From NCBI RefSeq assembly GCF_009914755.1, contig NC_060927.1: DNA of 64,000 nucleotides. One strand, given 5' to 3'. The translations under genes were made by a program, and so were the position numbers. The notes beneath the pieces were generated by a model that saw only the letters and a program-made list of their open reading frames with translations, was not told where the DNA came from and made no database searches. This stretch comes from the human T2T-CHM13v2.0 reference genome, Homo sapiens. This document shows, piece after piece, positions 25,941 to 39,054 of the stretch; position 1 is the stretch's first letter, and each line of letters begins with the position of its first letter.

Positions 25941-26291
25941 ACTGTGGGAGTGACGTAAAAGTAATTAAATCATGTATTTAATTTAAAGTTGTTTTTAAAG
26001 TGCAGTCCCTTAGGGCATCTTATGAGAGCATTTGAAAGTTCTCTATTGAAAAACTCACATTATTCCAGACCTCAAAAAATGTGCATGCATACAGTTGCAG
26101 GAAAAATTAGCAGCTCACAGGAAGAAAACTCATGAAATACCCAGAAAAATAAGGGATATAAGCTAGTCAGCAGGAACAGCCTAAAAATTAAAGACACTGA
26201 ACTTAGGAAATGACAAAATAAAATGTTTAGTCTTTTATAAATAATTCATTTGAAAGGATACAAAATATGAATAAGGAATACACACATTTTT

Positions 26292-26428
26292 AGGTCCCTC
26301 CCCCCCAATGCTAAATGACGAGTTAATGAGTGCAGCACACCAGCATGGCACATGTATACATATGTAACTAACCTGCACATTGTGCACATGTACCCTAAAA
26401 CTTAAAGTATAATAATAATAATAATAAA
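26292..26428 (+). mobile_element. Tiny 5'-truncated L1PA2/L1PA3-like insertion with 19-bp TSD and inverted 5' piece
   Basis: aatgctaaatgacgagttaatg..taccctaaaacttaaagtataataa. Perfect TSD aaggaatacacacattttt at 26273-26291 and 26429-26447. It has GAG, not the L1HS-Ta ACA, at the diagnostic site. Confidence 0.93.
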
Positions 26429-27526
26429 AAGGAATACACACATTTTTTAAAAGAACTTTAAAAATAAAAAATAGGTAATTGAAATAAAACATTCATTGAT
26501 AGTGCAGAAATAATGTGATGAGATGGAAGATTTTAGATGCAAGGAAGAGTAAAAAGCAAAGAAAGTAGTACACGTGGATGTATAAACACAAATATTTACT
26601 GGTAAAAAAATAATAATTCTACTTAGAGTATTGTTCACAAAAGAGTAAGAAACATGATTAACTTTAAAACATAAGTGTTCATTTTAAGATGTAAAGTCTA
26701 CACACTAAAATATAAAAGGAATATATAATTTACAACAAATTTATCAAAAAATACAAAAACTACAATAAAATATTAATTCTAAAGGCAATAAAAAGAGAAG
26801 AGGAAACATTTTTAAGAGGTTGGTGTTGACAGAATGTAGAAGATATCTAGGAAAGCCTACAGAGTGTTGGCATTTTGCAAAGTGCAGGAGTGTTATCAAC
26901 ACATTAGGTGCACTGTCAAAAATAGTCCAGGGCCCATGTGACGTGAAATTACACAGGCGATCCTCCTGGTGATTCTTCCTCAGGGTGGCGTTTTAAAAAT
27001 GCCAAAGGACACCCCTAAACAAGATAAAATCAATCAGGGGAAACATGTGCACTAGCCAATTCTATCTTTGAGAAAGTGTTGGAGTCGGGTTGAGAAGAGT
27101 ATTTATTATTTATTTATTCATTATCTATTTATATTGGTAAAGGGTGATACACAGGGACAGATGTGGATTGAAAGTGAAATGAATTTTACTGAGCTTTCAA
27201 GTTTAGAACTCATGTCTACCATATATCTCCCACTGATAAGGATATAGTCAGCAAAAATAATCAAAATATTTTTAATCTACTTTGGTTTATGGGTATAAGC
27301 TGGGACCACCACTGCTATTAAGATGCAACCCAGAGCAACTGCTATATTGAGTTGGAAGAAAACACAACAGCTTTCTCTTCCCTGACAACACAGCGGCCTA
27401 AGGGTGCCTGAAGAAATGAGGATGAGTAGAAGGAAGGGAAAGATTCTTTCTTCATTCTCCTACTCATTGTATTTCAGTCCACTTTTCTTTTAGTGCTGCT
27501 CGTGTGATATGAAACAGTTTAATCTC

Positions 27527-27730
27527 CTGAGTTCAAATATTGTTGTCCACATCTTATCTGTGTGGCCTCAGGTCAGTTATTCAGTGCCTTAGTTTCATCA
27601 CATGTTTGTCCATCATCATAGTTATACTACCCACCATCTAGCCCTATTGTGAGTATTACACGGTTCACAATATGGATGGTTTACTTATAATAGTGACTGG
27701 CCCATAGACAGCACACAATAAATGTTTACT
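27527..27730 (+). mobile_element. MIR SINE
   Basis: ctgtgtggcctcaggtcagttatt..cttagtttcatca..tattgtgagtatta..caataaatgtt. Confidence 0.6.
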
Positions 27731-28099
27731 CTTTTTGTGGCTTACAGACAGTCATTTACTATTTCCAACATAAAAGTGACCATTTAAGGACGTGAATGCA
27801 GTTTGACCTAAATTTCAAATGTGTGCATTTTATGTATATGTCGCCTATTTTTTCTTTTCACTTATATAAAACTTATAATCCAGCTTGTTAGTGGATGACA
27901 AGAAAACAAAATTTAGCGGTAAGTAATTTGCAAATTATTTGTTATGAAATTTAACACATTTAACTTCGTTTATGCTTTTTCCTTGATGTTATAAAGACAG
28001 TTTTAAGTTGGATACTAAAGTTAGAAGCGACCAAGTTATAATTAAGTTACTGTTTTCCAGGTAACAAGTATTATTAGTTTTTTTGCCTTAAAATATTAG

Positions 28100-28407
<308 letters not shown>

Positions 28408-29375
28408 TACATTTTTGTTTTCAACTTTCAGCTATGGTTTCCTGTAGAAAATCTGAACTTTGAAACATCTCAGATCATTTTAAAAGATTATTCAGAAGGC
28501 AAGTAGCTCTTTTGTGGATAAAATATTCACTGGCTTCATCTGAACTTACTATTGTCATACTTTCTTCCAAATAATCAAACTCACCACTCCAGTGCTTTGG
28601 TCATGGCTTGGTTTATGAGGATATATCTAACAGAGATCTTGAAAAAGAGATATATTAAGTTATTCCAGAAATACATTTTCACAAAACCAAAAGGAAAACA
28701 AAAACCAAATGAGAAACAAAGGACAAAAGTACATTTATTTCCATTTATTGCTTGAATTGCATTTAAGTTACGTATATTTTTTTAACAGGATGTTAAAAAG
28801 GAAATCATTGTTCTAAATAATTTATATCACACAGTATGTTAATGCCTTTGGGAAAAATGTTAGGTATTAGTAACAATTTTTAAAGCATTATTAAACAAAA
28901 GATCACTTAACCTAGCTTCTGATGATTTCATTATTGGGATTCAGTAAGGTCCATTGTTGCATGTAGTATCTTATCATTATGACCAGAGTCCAGATAAAGT
29001 GTAATTACTTGGTTCTGTGCAAACACCAGAAAGTTTTTCCTTTTTGTATGCCTTAGGAATTCTTTTAAAACATTGAATAAAGCTACAGTCAGTTCTTCTA
29101 GGGGAGATGGAAGATTCATTCACTAATCATATGTTCTAGACTTTCCAGAATAACTTCCTATACTACAGAAACTGAAAAGAAATGAAAGCTGCAATTGTTC
29201 TTGTAGTTAGAAGTCTGCATACAACTTACTTTCTATCAGTAACATATACTTGCTCTGACTTGAATTAGAAATAAGTTGATAGCAAGCAAGGTGTCCATTT
29301 TGCAAGTTCTGGTTAAAGTGGGAATGCCCTGGCCCAGAAGATAAACAAGTTTTGTTGCAATTTCTTGTAACCCAG

Positions 29376-29927
29376 TGAGGCAGGAGAACAGGCTCTGGAG
29401 GCAGTGAACCTAAGGCCGATTCATGCTGACTTCCTAGAACTAAATCAGAAGGAAAACCCCAACTTTCATGCACAAGTAACAGAAGGACCAGAGGCTACTC
29501 TGTTTTCAACCCCCACCCCACTTTTCTGCATGGCAGATAAAAAATTGAAAGTATTTCTGATTGGTCCCCTCCCCAAACCAGTCAGACTGGTGGTAGGTCA
29601 AGTCTTCATTTGCATAGGAGTATAACTTTGTAACTTCACTTCAGCCTCCGATTGGTCACTTAAGACAATGCTTGATCATGGGCCACTTCTACATTTCCCT
29701 AGGGTTTAAATCAAGTAACCAATGGGAAACCTCTAGAGGGCACTTAAACCCCAGAAAATTCTGTAACCAGTGCTCTTGAGGCACTTGCTTGGCCCACTCC
29801 CTTCCCTGTGGAGTGTACTTTCAATAAATTTCGGCTTTTGTTGCTTCATTCTCTTTGCTTTGTTTGTAAATTTTGTCCAATTCTTTGTTCAAAATGCCAA
29901 GAACCTGGACACCCTCCACAGGTAGCA
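29376..29927 (+). mobile_element. MER51A-like ERV1 solo LTR
   Basis: Starts TGAGGCAGGAGAACAGG..aacctaaggccgattca and ends ggtagca. Perfect 4-bp TSD CCAG (29372-29375, 29928-29931). AATAAA at about 29823. Confidence 0.85.
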
Positions 29928-29989
29928 CCAGATCACTAATAAGGTGATATGTTTCCAAAACCAACAGTTCTTGCGATAGTTTTCTGCTA

Positions 29990-30275
29990 CCCAAATTTAG
30001 CTAAGGTGATTTGTTTCTACAAATTGGCGCAGTTGCTTTGTGATTTTGAGCTTCCTGGCTGAGGCAGAGGAAGCAGTTTTCTTTATGAGCTAGTGTGCTG
30101 TGTTGTTCTAAGGGTCATCCATAGAGCCTCAGCCTGGAGACTGCTCCCGTGGTTCATCCAATAATTTTGTAAACCTTTAATTCCATGTATTACACTCTGT
30201 ATCTGCTTAAACTGTCAAGTGTATTTTTGTTATCAACAGTTGAGTTCAAACTGATATAGTATTTGGTACCAGAAT
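29990..30275 (+). mobile_element. Ancient LTR 3' part (LTR78/MaLR-like) followed by the start of an internal region
   Basis: agcctcagcctggagactgctcc..ctgcttaaactg..aactgatata, then tttggtaccagaa. Family assignment uncertain. Confidence 0.4.
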
Positions 30276-30423
30276 AGGTTGCAGACAAGAATAACATCCT
30301 TTAAGTGCTTATTGAATGTTAAGGACTGGTGGCAGTAGGATCTTGAAAGTGAAAGGTAGGTGAAAATTTAATCATGAATAAATTCCAATGACCACTGCTG
30401 TTTAGAAAGTTGTAGATTTTTTT

Positions 30424-30847
<424 letters not shown>

Positions 30848-30919
30848 TTACTGTTGCCTGGGGGGATATCAGTCTACTTTCACCATTTTATCACACAGAT
30901 ATCAACTCCCATATTATCA

Positions 30920-31215
30920 TAATTTGCTAAGTGAAATGAGACAGACACAAAAGGACAAATGGTGTGTAATTCCACTTATATGAAATATCTAGAATAGGAA
31001 AATTTATAGTGACAGAAAATAGATTAGAGGTTCCCAAGGGCAGAGGGGAGGGAAAATGGTGAGTTATTGCTTAATGGGTATAAGGTTCTTCTTTAGGGTG
31101 ATGGAAAAGTTTTGGAAATTGATAGTGGTGATGTTTGCACAACATCATAACTATAATTACATCATTGAATTATGTCCTCCAAATAGTTGACAATTTTATG
31201 TTATATTTTAGCATA
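30920..31215 (+). mobile_element. L1MB 3' end fragment
   Basis: gctaagtgaaatgagacagacacaaaaggacaaat..ggtgatggaaaagttttggaaa. Confidence 0.75.
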
Positions 31216-33292
31216 GTAAAAACATTTCTAAAAATTAAGGCCCTTCTTAATTTTTTATTCTGGGCCTTTCTAGCTAGAAGAGCTCTTGGTTCCTGGGTAG
31301 TTCTATTTTGAATCAATAATAGAAACTCCTTCAGTAGGTGACACCTGGAATCTCTCACTGGAGCAGGTGTGCCTGTGTGTCTTAAAGGTATGGGAGTCAA
31401 CTGGAAGACCTACACAGACCTTAATAACAGTATCTGTCCTTGAGGGCCATGGATGTTACATTAGTTCTGCACAATTATTTCAGGACTTTCCAATTTGAAG
31501 AGTCCAAATAGATAACACAAAACAAAGATGATCACAGTGTCAGCTGGGCTCCACATTCCAAATTCAGAAAGCAAGGTAATTCTCTGCCTATAAAGTAATT
31601 ATCATATGCAATTTTATTTTTTCAAGTTTCAATACTAGAGCTCATTAAAAGTCATAGAAAACAATAAGTGGTATCTAAGACAATGAAAGCAGACAGCAGA
31701 AACCTTTTGGTTTCAGCCTATTGACATGCCTATCAATAAGACAGATCTTTTGACTCTATTGCTTGTGTATTTAGGTTTGCTTTTTAAATGTCTTTATTTA
31801 TTCAACAAACACTCATTTTTTTGCCAATAATGTTCCATCTGATATTCCTCTTAAGAGCTTAATTTTGCTTCTACGGAATTAAGATATATGAGGGAGAGAA
31901 GAAACTCATGTAAACCTTCATTTCCTTTTCTAAAGTATTATCTGGAACATTGCTGACTTCTTGCAGTGTCAGGAAATTGGAACATTAGTAACCTCAGGTA
32001 TGAAGTTTCCCTTGAAATTTTGTTCTTTCCCTTGCAGTTTATCTAATTGTCTCAATTCCCTTCTCTTCTTGGACCCTGTGTCACAGGTGTGCCTCTCTCT
32101 AAGGCTGTGTCTTAAAGGCATTGTAATCCACCGGAGGACCTTTACAGACCTTAATAACACAAATTGTTTTTATTCTCCAGCAACTGCAGCATCTCCTGCC
32201 TCCCTGGGATAGTCCGCATTTATCCCCCACAGTCCTTTGTGTATGCATATGTTAGAAATGCCCAAGTACTCCTCAAGCATTGATTGTTGGAGTCTGCTGA
32301 AGGTATTTTCCATTCTTAGGAAGAGGTCTTTCTGGTAATTTTTAGCTGTACACAGTATTCCTTGGAAATAATTTTCATTTATTGATGCCTGACAGTAAGC
32401 ATCAGAGGAAAAGTTCCACTGGAATTCAAGAGGTTTGTCTTCACTCAATTTCCAATTATGCTGCATTTTCCTTTTATATTCTACAAATTTGATTGATTGC
32501 TTGTTTTAAGGAATGAGGTAAATTAAGCTCAGTCAACTATCTGACATGCTTGTAGCTCTGAGACAGCTGAGGAACAGGTGGTCTAAAATGCATAGCCCTT
32601 TCAGTTAATTTAGTGGACTCACTTGAATCTAATTCTAAGAAAACCCATCAAGCTGTCAATCAAAGACCCTTGAGTGAAGGGAAGGCAAAGCAACAGGATT
32701 AAAGCAAAGCAATTATATTCACCAAGCAGAAGACTTTATTTCATGAAAAGAAACAGCAATGCCAACAGATGTTAAATTGGATTAGCTGAAGTTTGTGTTT
32801 GTGTTTGGATTTGGATATATATTTTTCCCTATAACTTTCCTGAAAAAGTCCATAGAAGTGTTCTATTTTACTTTTAAGACCAAATAAGCCACTGTATAAT
32901 CTCTGTTCACTGGCTGGAGTTTGCATTTTTCTTTACTATGATGGGTGAAAAAGTTTTCTGCTTTAAAAACCAGGTCTTTGGCTTTCTGTCAGTACACACG
33001 ATTTTTGAAACATGGTGTCTTCTATTCTCCATCTGTTATATCCCTAATATTTATTAAAACTCCTAAACACCCAAGATAGACCAGTTAGGTGTTATAACAC
33101 CTAACATAAACAAGTTCTAGAATGTAAAATAATGCCTTGTGCAGTAGGAAATTGAAAAGCAGCAGCCCAGTAGAACAATGGGCAAAGGATATGAAATGAG
33201 GGGGTTTCAAATGGCTAATTATTATCAGGAGATTCAACATTGGTTAGCAGTAATCAGGGAAATGCAAAACTGTATTGATCTGGATTGGTTAC

Positions 33293-33745
33293 TGTATGGT
33301 AGATGCACCTGACAGTGGTAATCTGCTCATACCCTAAGAATAATCCTGTATGGCAGATGCACCTGAATGTTCAGGTTTTGGCGCTAAGGAATCCAGGAGT
33401 AGCCAACCTGGAGATCCATTCCTTATCTAAGAGGAACATCTGTGTCCCTGGCCCAGCCCCTGGAAGCATGCCATACTAGAGATCGAGACCCTTTGTTACG
33501 GGTTAAACGAAGATTGCCAGGTGGAGGTTGTTAGGGGGAGAGTGTTAAGTGAAAATTTTGTGTAAACTGAATGCTTTCTGAAAGTGGTTGCAGTTTTTCT
33601 GCCCAGCCCACCACCACTGGACTCTCTCCCCTGTATAGAAGCTCCTGATAACACCCCATGTCTCATTCTCTGGTTCTGGGTCTCTTCTTTGGCCTCTTGA
33701 ACCTGGTGCCATCCCCGTTGGAGTCAATAGAGTTTTGGCACGACA
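33293..33745 (+). mobile_element. LTR47-like ERVL solo LTR within an L1ME relic
   Basis: TG..CA ends, internal repeat tgtatggYagatgcacctga x2, 5-bp TSD gttac/gctac. Confidence 0.75.
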
Positions 33746-35737
33746 GCTACACACTGTGTTCTATTTGTAAAAAGGTATTGAGATGTACACATGTATACTT
33801 TTCTGTATGTTTATTACATTTCAATAAGGAGTTGAAAAAGGATCAGAAGGTAAAATACTTAAAAAAAGATGTCAATTTATACCCTTACAGACTGGCAAAG
33901 ATCTGAGCAACTGAAATATCAAATATTTTAGAGTTGTAAAGAAATGTGGTACCTTCCGCACTCTTAGTGGGAACATAAACCGGTACTCTCTTCTGAGACA
34001 GAAAAAAAATCTGGCACTATTTAGTGGAACTGAGAATGCTCAAACTCTAGAACACAACAATCCCACTCCTGGATATAACAAAAAATTATAATTTAGGATC
34101 TCAAGGAGAAATGTAAAAGATAATGAGTAGAAATAACAGTTCCTTAAATCTGATATTAAATAAGATACGCACATAAAGTGCCTGGGATCGTGCCTTTCAC
34201 CTATGTGGACCACATACATACATGGTAACTAATGTGGCAGGGAAATGGAGAAGATGGAGATGGGACATACCTTGTTGGATGCAAGAAGAAATGCAAAAAT
34301 AACTGAACTCACAAAGTTAAATGTGTTTAGGAGTAAATGACATATTTCTCCCTCGATTCCTAGGCTTGTGGAAGAAAGAGGAAACAAGAGAAAAAAATTA
34401 TTTGCAGATGAGGAAGTTCATGACAAAAAGGTAATGAAGCCTGCCTGAAACAACTCAAGTTTCCAAAATGTCTCTGGAGCCACAGGAAGCCTCAAAAGCC
34501 ATCCTTGGAGTTCAGATGATATCCTGAAAAGCCACTGAAGAAGACAAGGACTTATGAAGTGACAGAACAAAGCAAAGAAATTATATTCAGCTGACATAGG
34601 GAATGGCAGAAGGGTAATGAAAGAAGAAGGCCCAGAAGCTGGAGATAAATCAATGAGCAACAATACAGGCAAAAGTGAATTGGCTAGGGCTAATTGGGTT
34701 TAATAATTATCATCCCCTCCTCACGCACAAGTGCATCAAAGTAGTTTTGTATTCTCCATCATAAAGATAACCTCCCCAAATTTTATAAACCTAACAGAGA
34801 AACCCAAAGTGCCCTATCTCTAGACTCCACTCCAGACAAATGCCTTTTTCTTTTTCTTTTTTTTTTTGTTTTTGTTTTTGTCCTGTTTATGTTGAAAGAA
34901 AAGACATTACAGGTGCCATCTGTTCAGCTGCATCACCTCTAGAACATTGCCTGGCGAGATCATAGAGGATCGCTATATCCCAAGGATTAACTAACTCTCC
35001 CATAGTTTCATTTCTCATGCCTTACTTTTTCAGTACAAAATACATGCTGTTAGGGATTACCAGAGAAGAAATTCACAGCAGAAACAGCCAAGGAGACAAT
35101 CTTGCCTTCATCCTGAGTCCCACACAGGATGAAAGAGGTAATCAGAGGTGTTACAGCCTCTTAGACATGTGTAGACTATTGAATTAATTACACAGTTCCA
35201 CTTTCTCCTGTGTGTCTGGAAATCAAATCCAAAATAGCTACAAATTCTCTGGAGAGCACACCAATAGGTCACTAGCCAGATTCACATTTTATATCATAAG
35301 GATTGATTTTTTTTTTTTTATCTGGGATTGCATAAGGAGACCATTGAAACCTACATAATTGTTAAATTTGGACAGATTTTCAGCATTGTAAAGACCACGA
35401 AACCCCATTTGGCCCCCTGTGGGGTCTTATTATTGCAGTCAGTTAGCTAAATAAATGTGTAATCTGTAACTGCTGGCATAAATTACCTATTTCACAGCCT
35501 TCTTCAGAGCATGAAAAAACATCAGAGAGAGACATAGAAATTCTTTTTTTGTAATGCCATTTACTGTGGGCAAATTGATGAAACAGCTTATGTATCTCCT
35601 TCACTAAGCAAGTGACCCCTGAAGGGGAATGCATAGCAGCTGGAATTGTTCAGCCAATCAAGGCAAGCAGGTGTAGATGTGACCTACTCGACTTTGCAGC
35701 TCAACTTCACAGACTTTACAGATGGGTTAAAGTCTTG

Positions 35738-35909
35738 CTGTTTTCTCAAAGCTTGGGCCTGTGTCAGCAGCAGCAGCAGCAGCAGCAGCATTGCCAGGGA
35801 GCTTATTAGCACACAGATCCTTGAGCCTCACCCCGGACCCACCCGAACAGAATCTGCATTTAAAGCTCCCCAGATGATTCATGTGCACAGTAAAGACTGA
35901 GAAGAAATG
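35738..35909 (+). mobile_element. MER5A1-like hAT-Charlie element containing (CAG)8
   Basis: ttctcaaag..cagcagca..gggagcttattag..cagaatctgcatttaa..gatgattcatgtgcacagtaaagactgagaa. Confidence 0.75.
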
Positions 35910-36019
35910 GTTTGAAGATATGATACTGAGCTGATAAAAAACTGCCCCCGAAGCTATCTGAGGTCTAAGCTCACCACTGAGACATGAGGAAGAAGGATAT
36001 ATGTACTATATTTGTTTAC

Positions 36020-36161
36020 ATGGGCTCTGGAATCAGAAAAAAAGGATACAAACACTGGATCAACCTTTACTAGTTCCGTGCCCTTGGGTAAGTTGTCAAT
36101 CTCTTTACTTTCAGGTCCCTTAACTCTAAAGTGGGATAATAATATTACTTCATAGGATTGC
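36020..36161 (+). mobile_element. MIR SINE
   Basis: tgggctctggaatcaga..tactagtt..ccttgggtaagtt..ggataataata..cataggattg. Confidence 0.7.
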
Positions 36162-36510
36162 AATATTCATGCTGAGCTCAGAGAACATTGCCTCTGAGCC
36201 CTCAATATCAGTTCTCTTTCAATAGTAGTATGATTCGAAGGTATAGATACTGATGGCATAATTTGGGAAAGCATAACTGAGTCCTATCACCTCTGCTGCA
36301 GACCTTGATTATCCTTGATTATAAATACTGCTGCAGGGTCCTCTGCTTGCCTCCTCCTGGCTCAGTTCTCTGCAAGAAAACGTGGATCCTCCAATGTAAG
36401 ATTCGAATACATTTCTCAGTTCCACTGATATTGGGTAAGAGACCACTTTTTACAACATCCTAAGGTCTTACATGGTGAATAAAGTAAGGCAAAGAAAATG
36501 TACAGGGATC

Positions 36511-36875
36511 CTTTCCATGCCAATAGCACTCACACAAACATGATGAATGTTTCTAAAACCCACCGGACTTTCTGTAAGAAGTGGGGCAAGCACCAACCTC
36601 GCAAAGTAACACAGTACAAGAAGGGCAAGGATTCTCTGTAGGCCCAGGGAAAGTGGCGTTCTAACAGGAAGCAGAGTGGCTATGGTAGGCAGACTAAGTA
36701 GATTTTCTGGAAAAAGGCTAAAACTACAAAGATTGTGCTAAAGCTTGAGGGTATGGAGCCCAACTGCAGATCTAAGGAAATGCTGGCTATTAAAATACGC
36801 AAGCATTTTGAACTGGGAGGAAATAAGAGAAAGTGCCAAGAGATCCAGTTCTAAGTGTCATCTTTTGTTTTATTA
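36511..36875 (+). pseudogene. RPL36A: Processed pseudogene of ribosomal protein L36a (eL42); parent RPL36A
   Basis: 36540-36854 translates without introns to [105 protein letters not shown] stops at 36639 and 36699, two single-codon deletions, and RPL36A-like UTRs (ctttcc..atagc.ctcac; taagtgtcatctttt). The symbol names the parent gene. Confidence 0.95.
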
Positions 36876-36876
36876 C

Positions 36877-37005
36877 TGTATTAGTCCGTTTTCACACTGA
36901 TGATAGAGACATATCTGAGACTGGACAATTTACAAAAATAAGAGGTTTAATTGAACTCAATTCCACGTGGCTGGGGAGGCCTCACAATCATGGTGGAAGG
37001 TAAGG
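36877..37005 (-). mobile_element. THE1 (MaLR) LTR fragment
   Basis: tgtattagtccgttttcacactg..gagactggacaatttac..ggggaggcctcacaatcatggtggaagg, then truncated. Confidence 0.85.
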
Positions 37006-37282
37006 GAGTTGAGGATATGTATAATGGGTATAAACATACATTTAAACAGAAAAGAATGTTACAATGTTTGATAGCAGAGTAGGATGACTAGAGTTGACAA
37101 CAATGTATTGTATATTTCAAAATAGCTAAGAGGGGACTGCAAGTGTTTCTAACACATAAAAATCATAAATACTTGAAGTGATTGATATTCAAACAACTCT
37201 GACTTGATCATTATACATTCTATGCATATAACAGAATACTACACATACCCCATAAAAATGTATAAACATATGTCAATAAAAA
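37006..37282 (+). mobile_element. L1MA (MA2-MA4-like) 3' end
   Basis: tttgatagcagagtaggatgacta..gtatatttcaaaatagctaag..cttgatcattatacatt. Confidence 0.78.
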
Positions 37283-37292
37283 GTGAGAGAAG

Positions 37293-37594
37293 GACCGGGT
37301 GCAGTGGCTCACGCCTGTAATCCCAGCACTTTGGGAGGCCGAGGCAGACGGATCACTACATCAGGCGTTGGAGACCAGCCTTGCCAACATAGTGAAATTC
37401 TGTCTCTACTAAAAAAAAATACAAAAATTAGCTGGGCATGGTGGTGGGCGCCTGTAATCCCAGCTACTCGGGAGGCTGAGGCCAGAGAATCGCTTGAACC
37501 TGGGAGGCGGAGCTTGCAGTAAGCCAAGATTGTGCCAATGCCCTCCAATGCAGCCCAGGCAACAATGAAAGACTGTCTCAAAAAAAAAAAAAAA
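37293..37594 (+). mobile_element. Alu (AluS)
   Basis: Full Alu with poly-A; TSD aaaaagtgagagaag on both sides. Confidence 0.95.
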
Positions 37595-37619
37595 GTGAGA
37601 GAAGACACTTATTATAGCA

Positions 37620-38700
37620 CATATAACTGACAAATGGCTATGAATATGTAAAGAAGTCATATAAATCAATAATAAAATATAACCTATTTTTTAATTGGCA
37701 AAAAAATATTAACTTCATAAAAGAGAATACTAAAAATGCCATAAACATGCAAATGTGCTCAATCTCATTAGTCATTATGGGAATGCAAATTAAAAAGACA
37801 ATGAGATACTATCATATTTTACTAGAATGGTGAAAATTTAAAAGACCGAGAAATTCAAGTGTTGCCAAATATGTGGTACATTTTGAGGGCTCATTCACAG
37901 CTGCTAGAAGTACGAATTGAAATTACTGCCTTAAAAAATTATTTAGTGTTACATACCAAAGTTTAATATGTCTATACACTACAATTCTACTTCTGGTTAA
38001 ATATAAAGTTAGAAATAAAATGAAAACATGCTGTATAATGTGTATATAAAATATATCCACTTTTGCACCAAAATGCATGCATAAGAATTTTTATAGCAGT
38101 GTTTTTCATAAGAGCCAAAATTTGGAATTTGAATATGGCTCAAAGTCCATCAAGTCTAAATAATAAATCGTGATATATATTTATACAATAGAGTACTTTA
38201 CATACAACAATGAAAATCAACATTTCACAGTTAGTTATACACAGAAACATGGATGAAACTCACAGAGAAACTAAGTGAGCCAAAAAAGCCAATGCAATAG
38301 ACTATTTTATATACAGGGGTTACCTATAAGATAGGGATTGCCTTTTCAGAAAAAGGGAAGGATAATTATCAGGAAGACCAAAAGGTAGCTTTTAGGGTTC
38401 TGGTATTCCATGTCTTTACCTAGTGGGAATTACATAGGTGTACTCATGTTCTGATAGTAAATATGTGAGATTTTCCTGCATGTGTTATACTGTAATAAAA
38501 ACTTAAAACATAGGGGTTTATTTAGTGGCTACAGAATCTTGGTTTGGGAAAATGAAAAAATTCATGAGATAGACAGTGGCAATGGTTGCACAACAATGTG
38601 AATGTACTTAATGTCCCTGAACTGTACACTAAAACACGGTTAAAATAGTAAATTTTAAATTATGCATATTTTACAATAACAAACTTTAAAAATAAAATAA
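37620..38700 (+). mobile_element. L1ME 3' relic followed by an L1MB 3' end (from about 38515)
   Basis: gggaatgcaaattaaaa..atgagatacta; atggttgcacaacaatgtgaatgtacttaatg. Confidence 0.65.
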
Positions 38701-39054
38701 ATGCAAATAAAATCATGTAAGAAGAAAAGCTGTGAGATGACTCATTAACACAGCATTGGTTAAAGTACAGAGGAGAGTTGAGCAACATGCTTAGGTACCC
38801 CAGCAGACATTATGTTATGTGGAGCAGTATGGGGAATTACCAGAGAATGCTGAGCAGATGTGTGTCATATTCCAAGGTAAATTCTGTTAACTCTGTGAAA
38901 CTGGTAGTGATACATGAAATTAATATGTAATATACAAAATTAATCAAAGTAAGAATCAAAAGTTTCCCAAATCCCAAAGCAGTTTTTATTTTGTGAAAAC
39001 AAAAACAAGCAGACAGCAATTTGAGAATGTAGGAGCTTTTAGCTGATTGCTGTG

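Noticed and set aside
32170-32466. 98-aa ATG-initiated ORF in unique sequence
   Set aside because: No recognisable homology, domain or supporting gene structure.
37283-37669. Alu-spanning ORFs (also 28253, 30596, 54414, 54440)
   Set aside because: Standard Alu translations, not genes.
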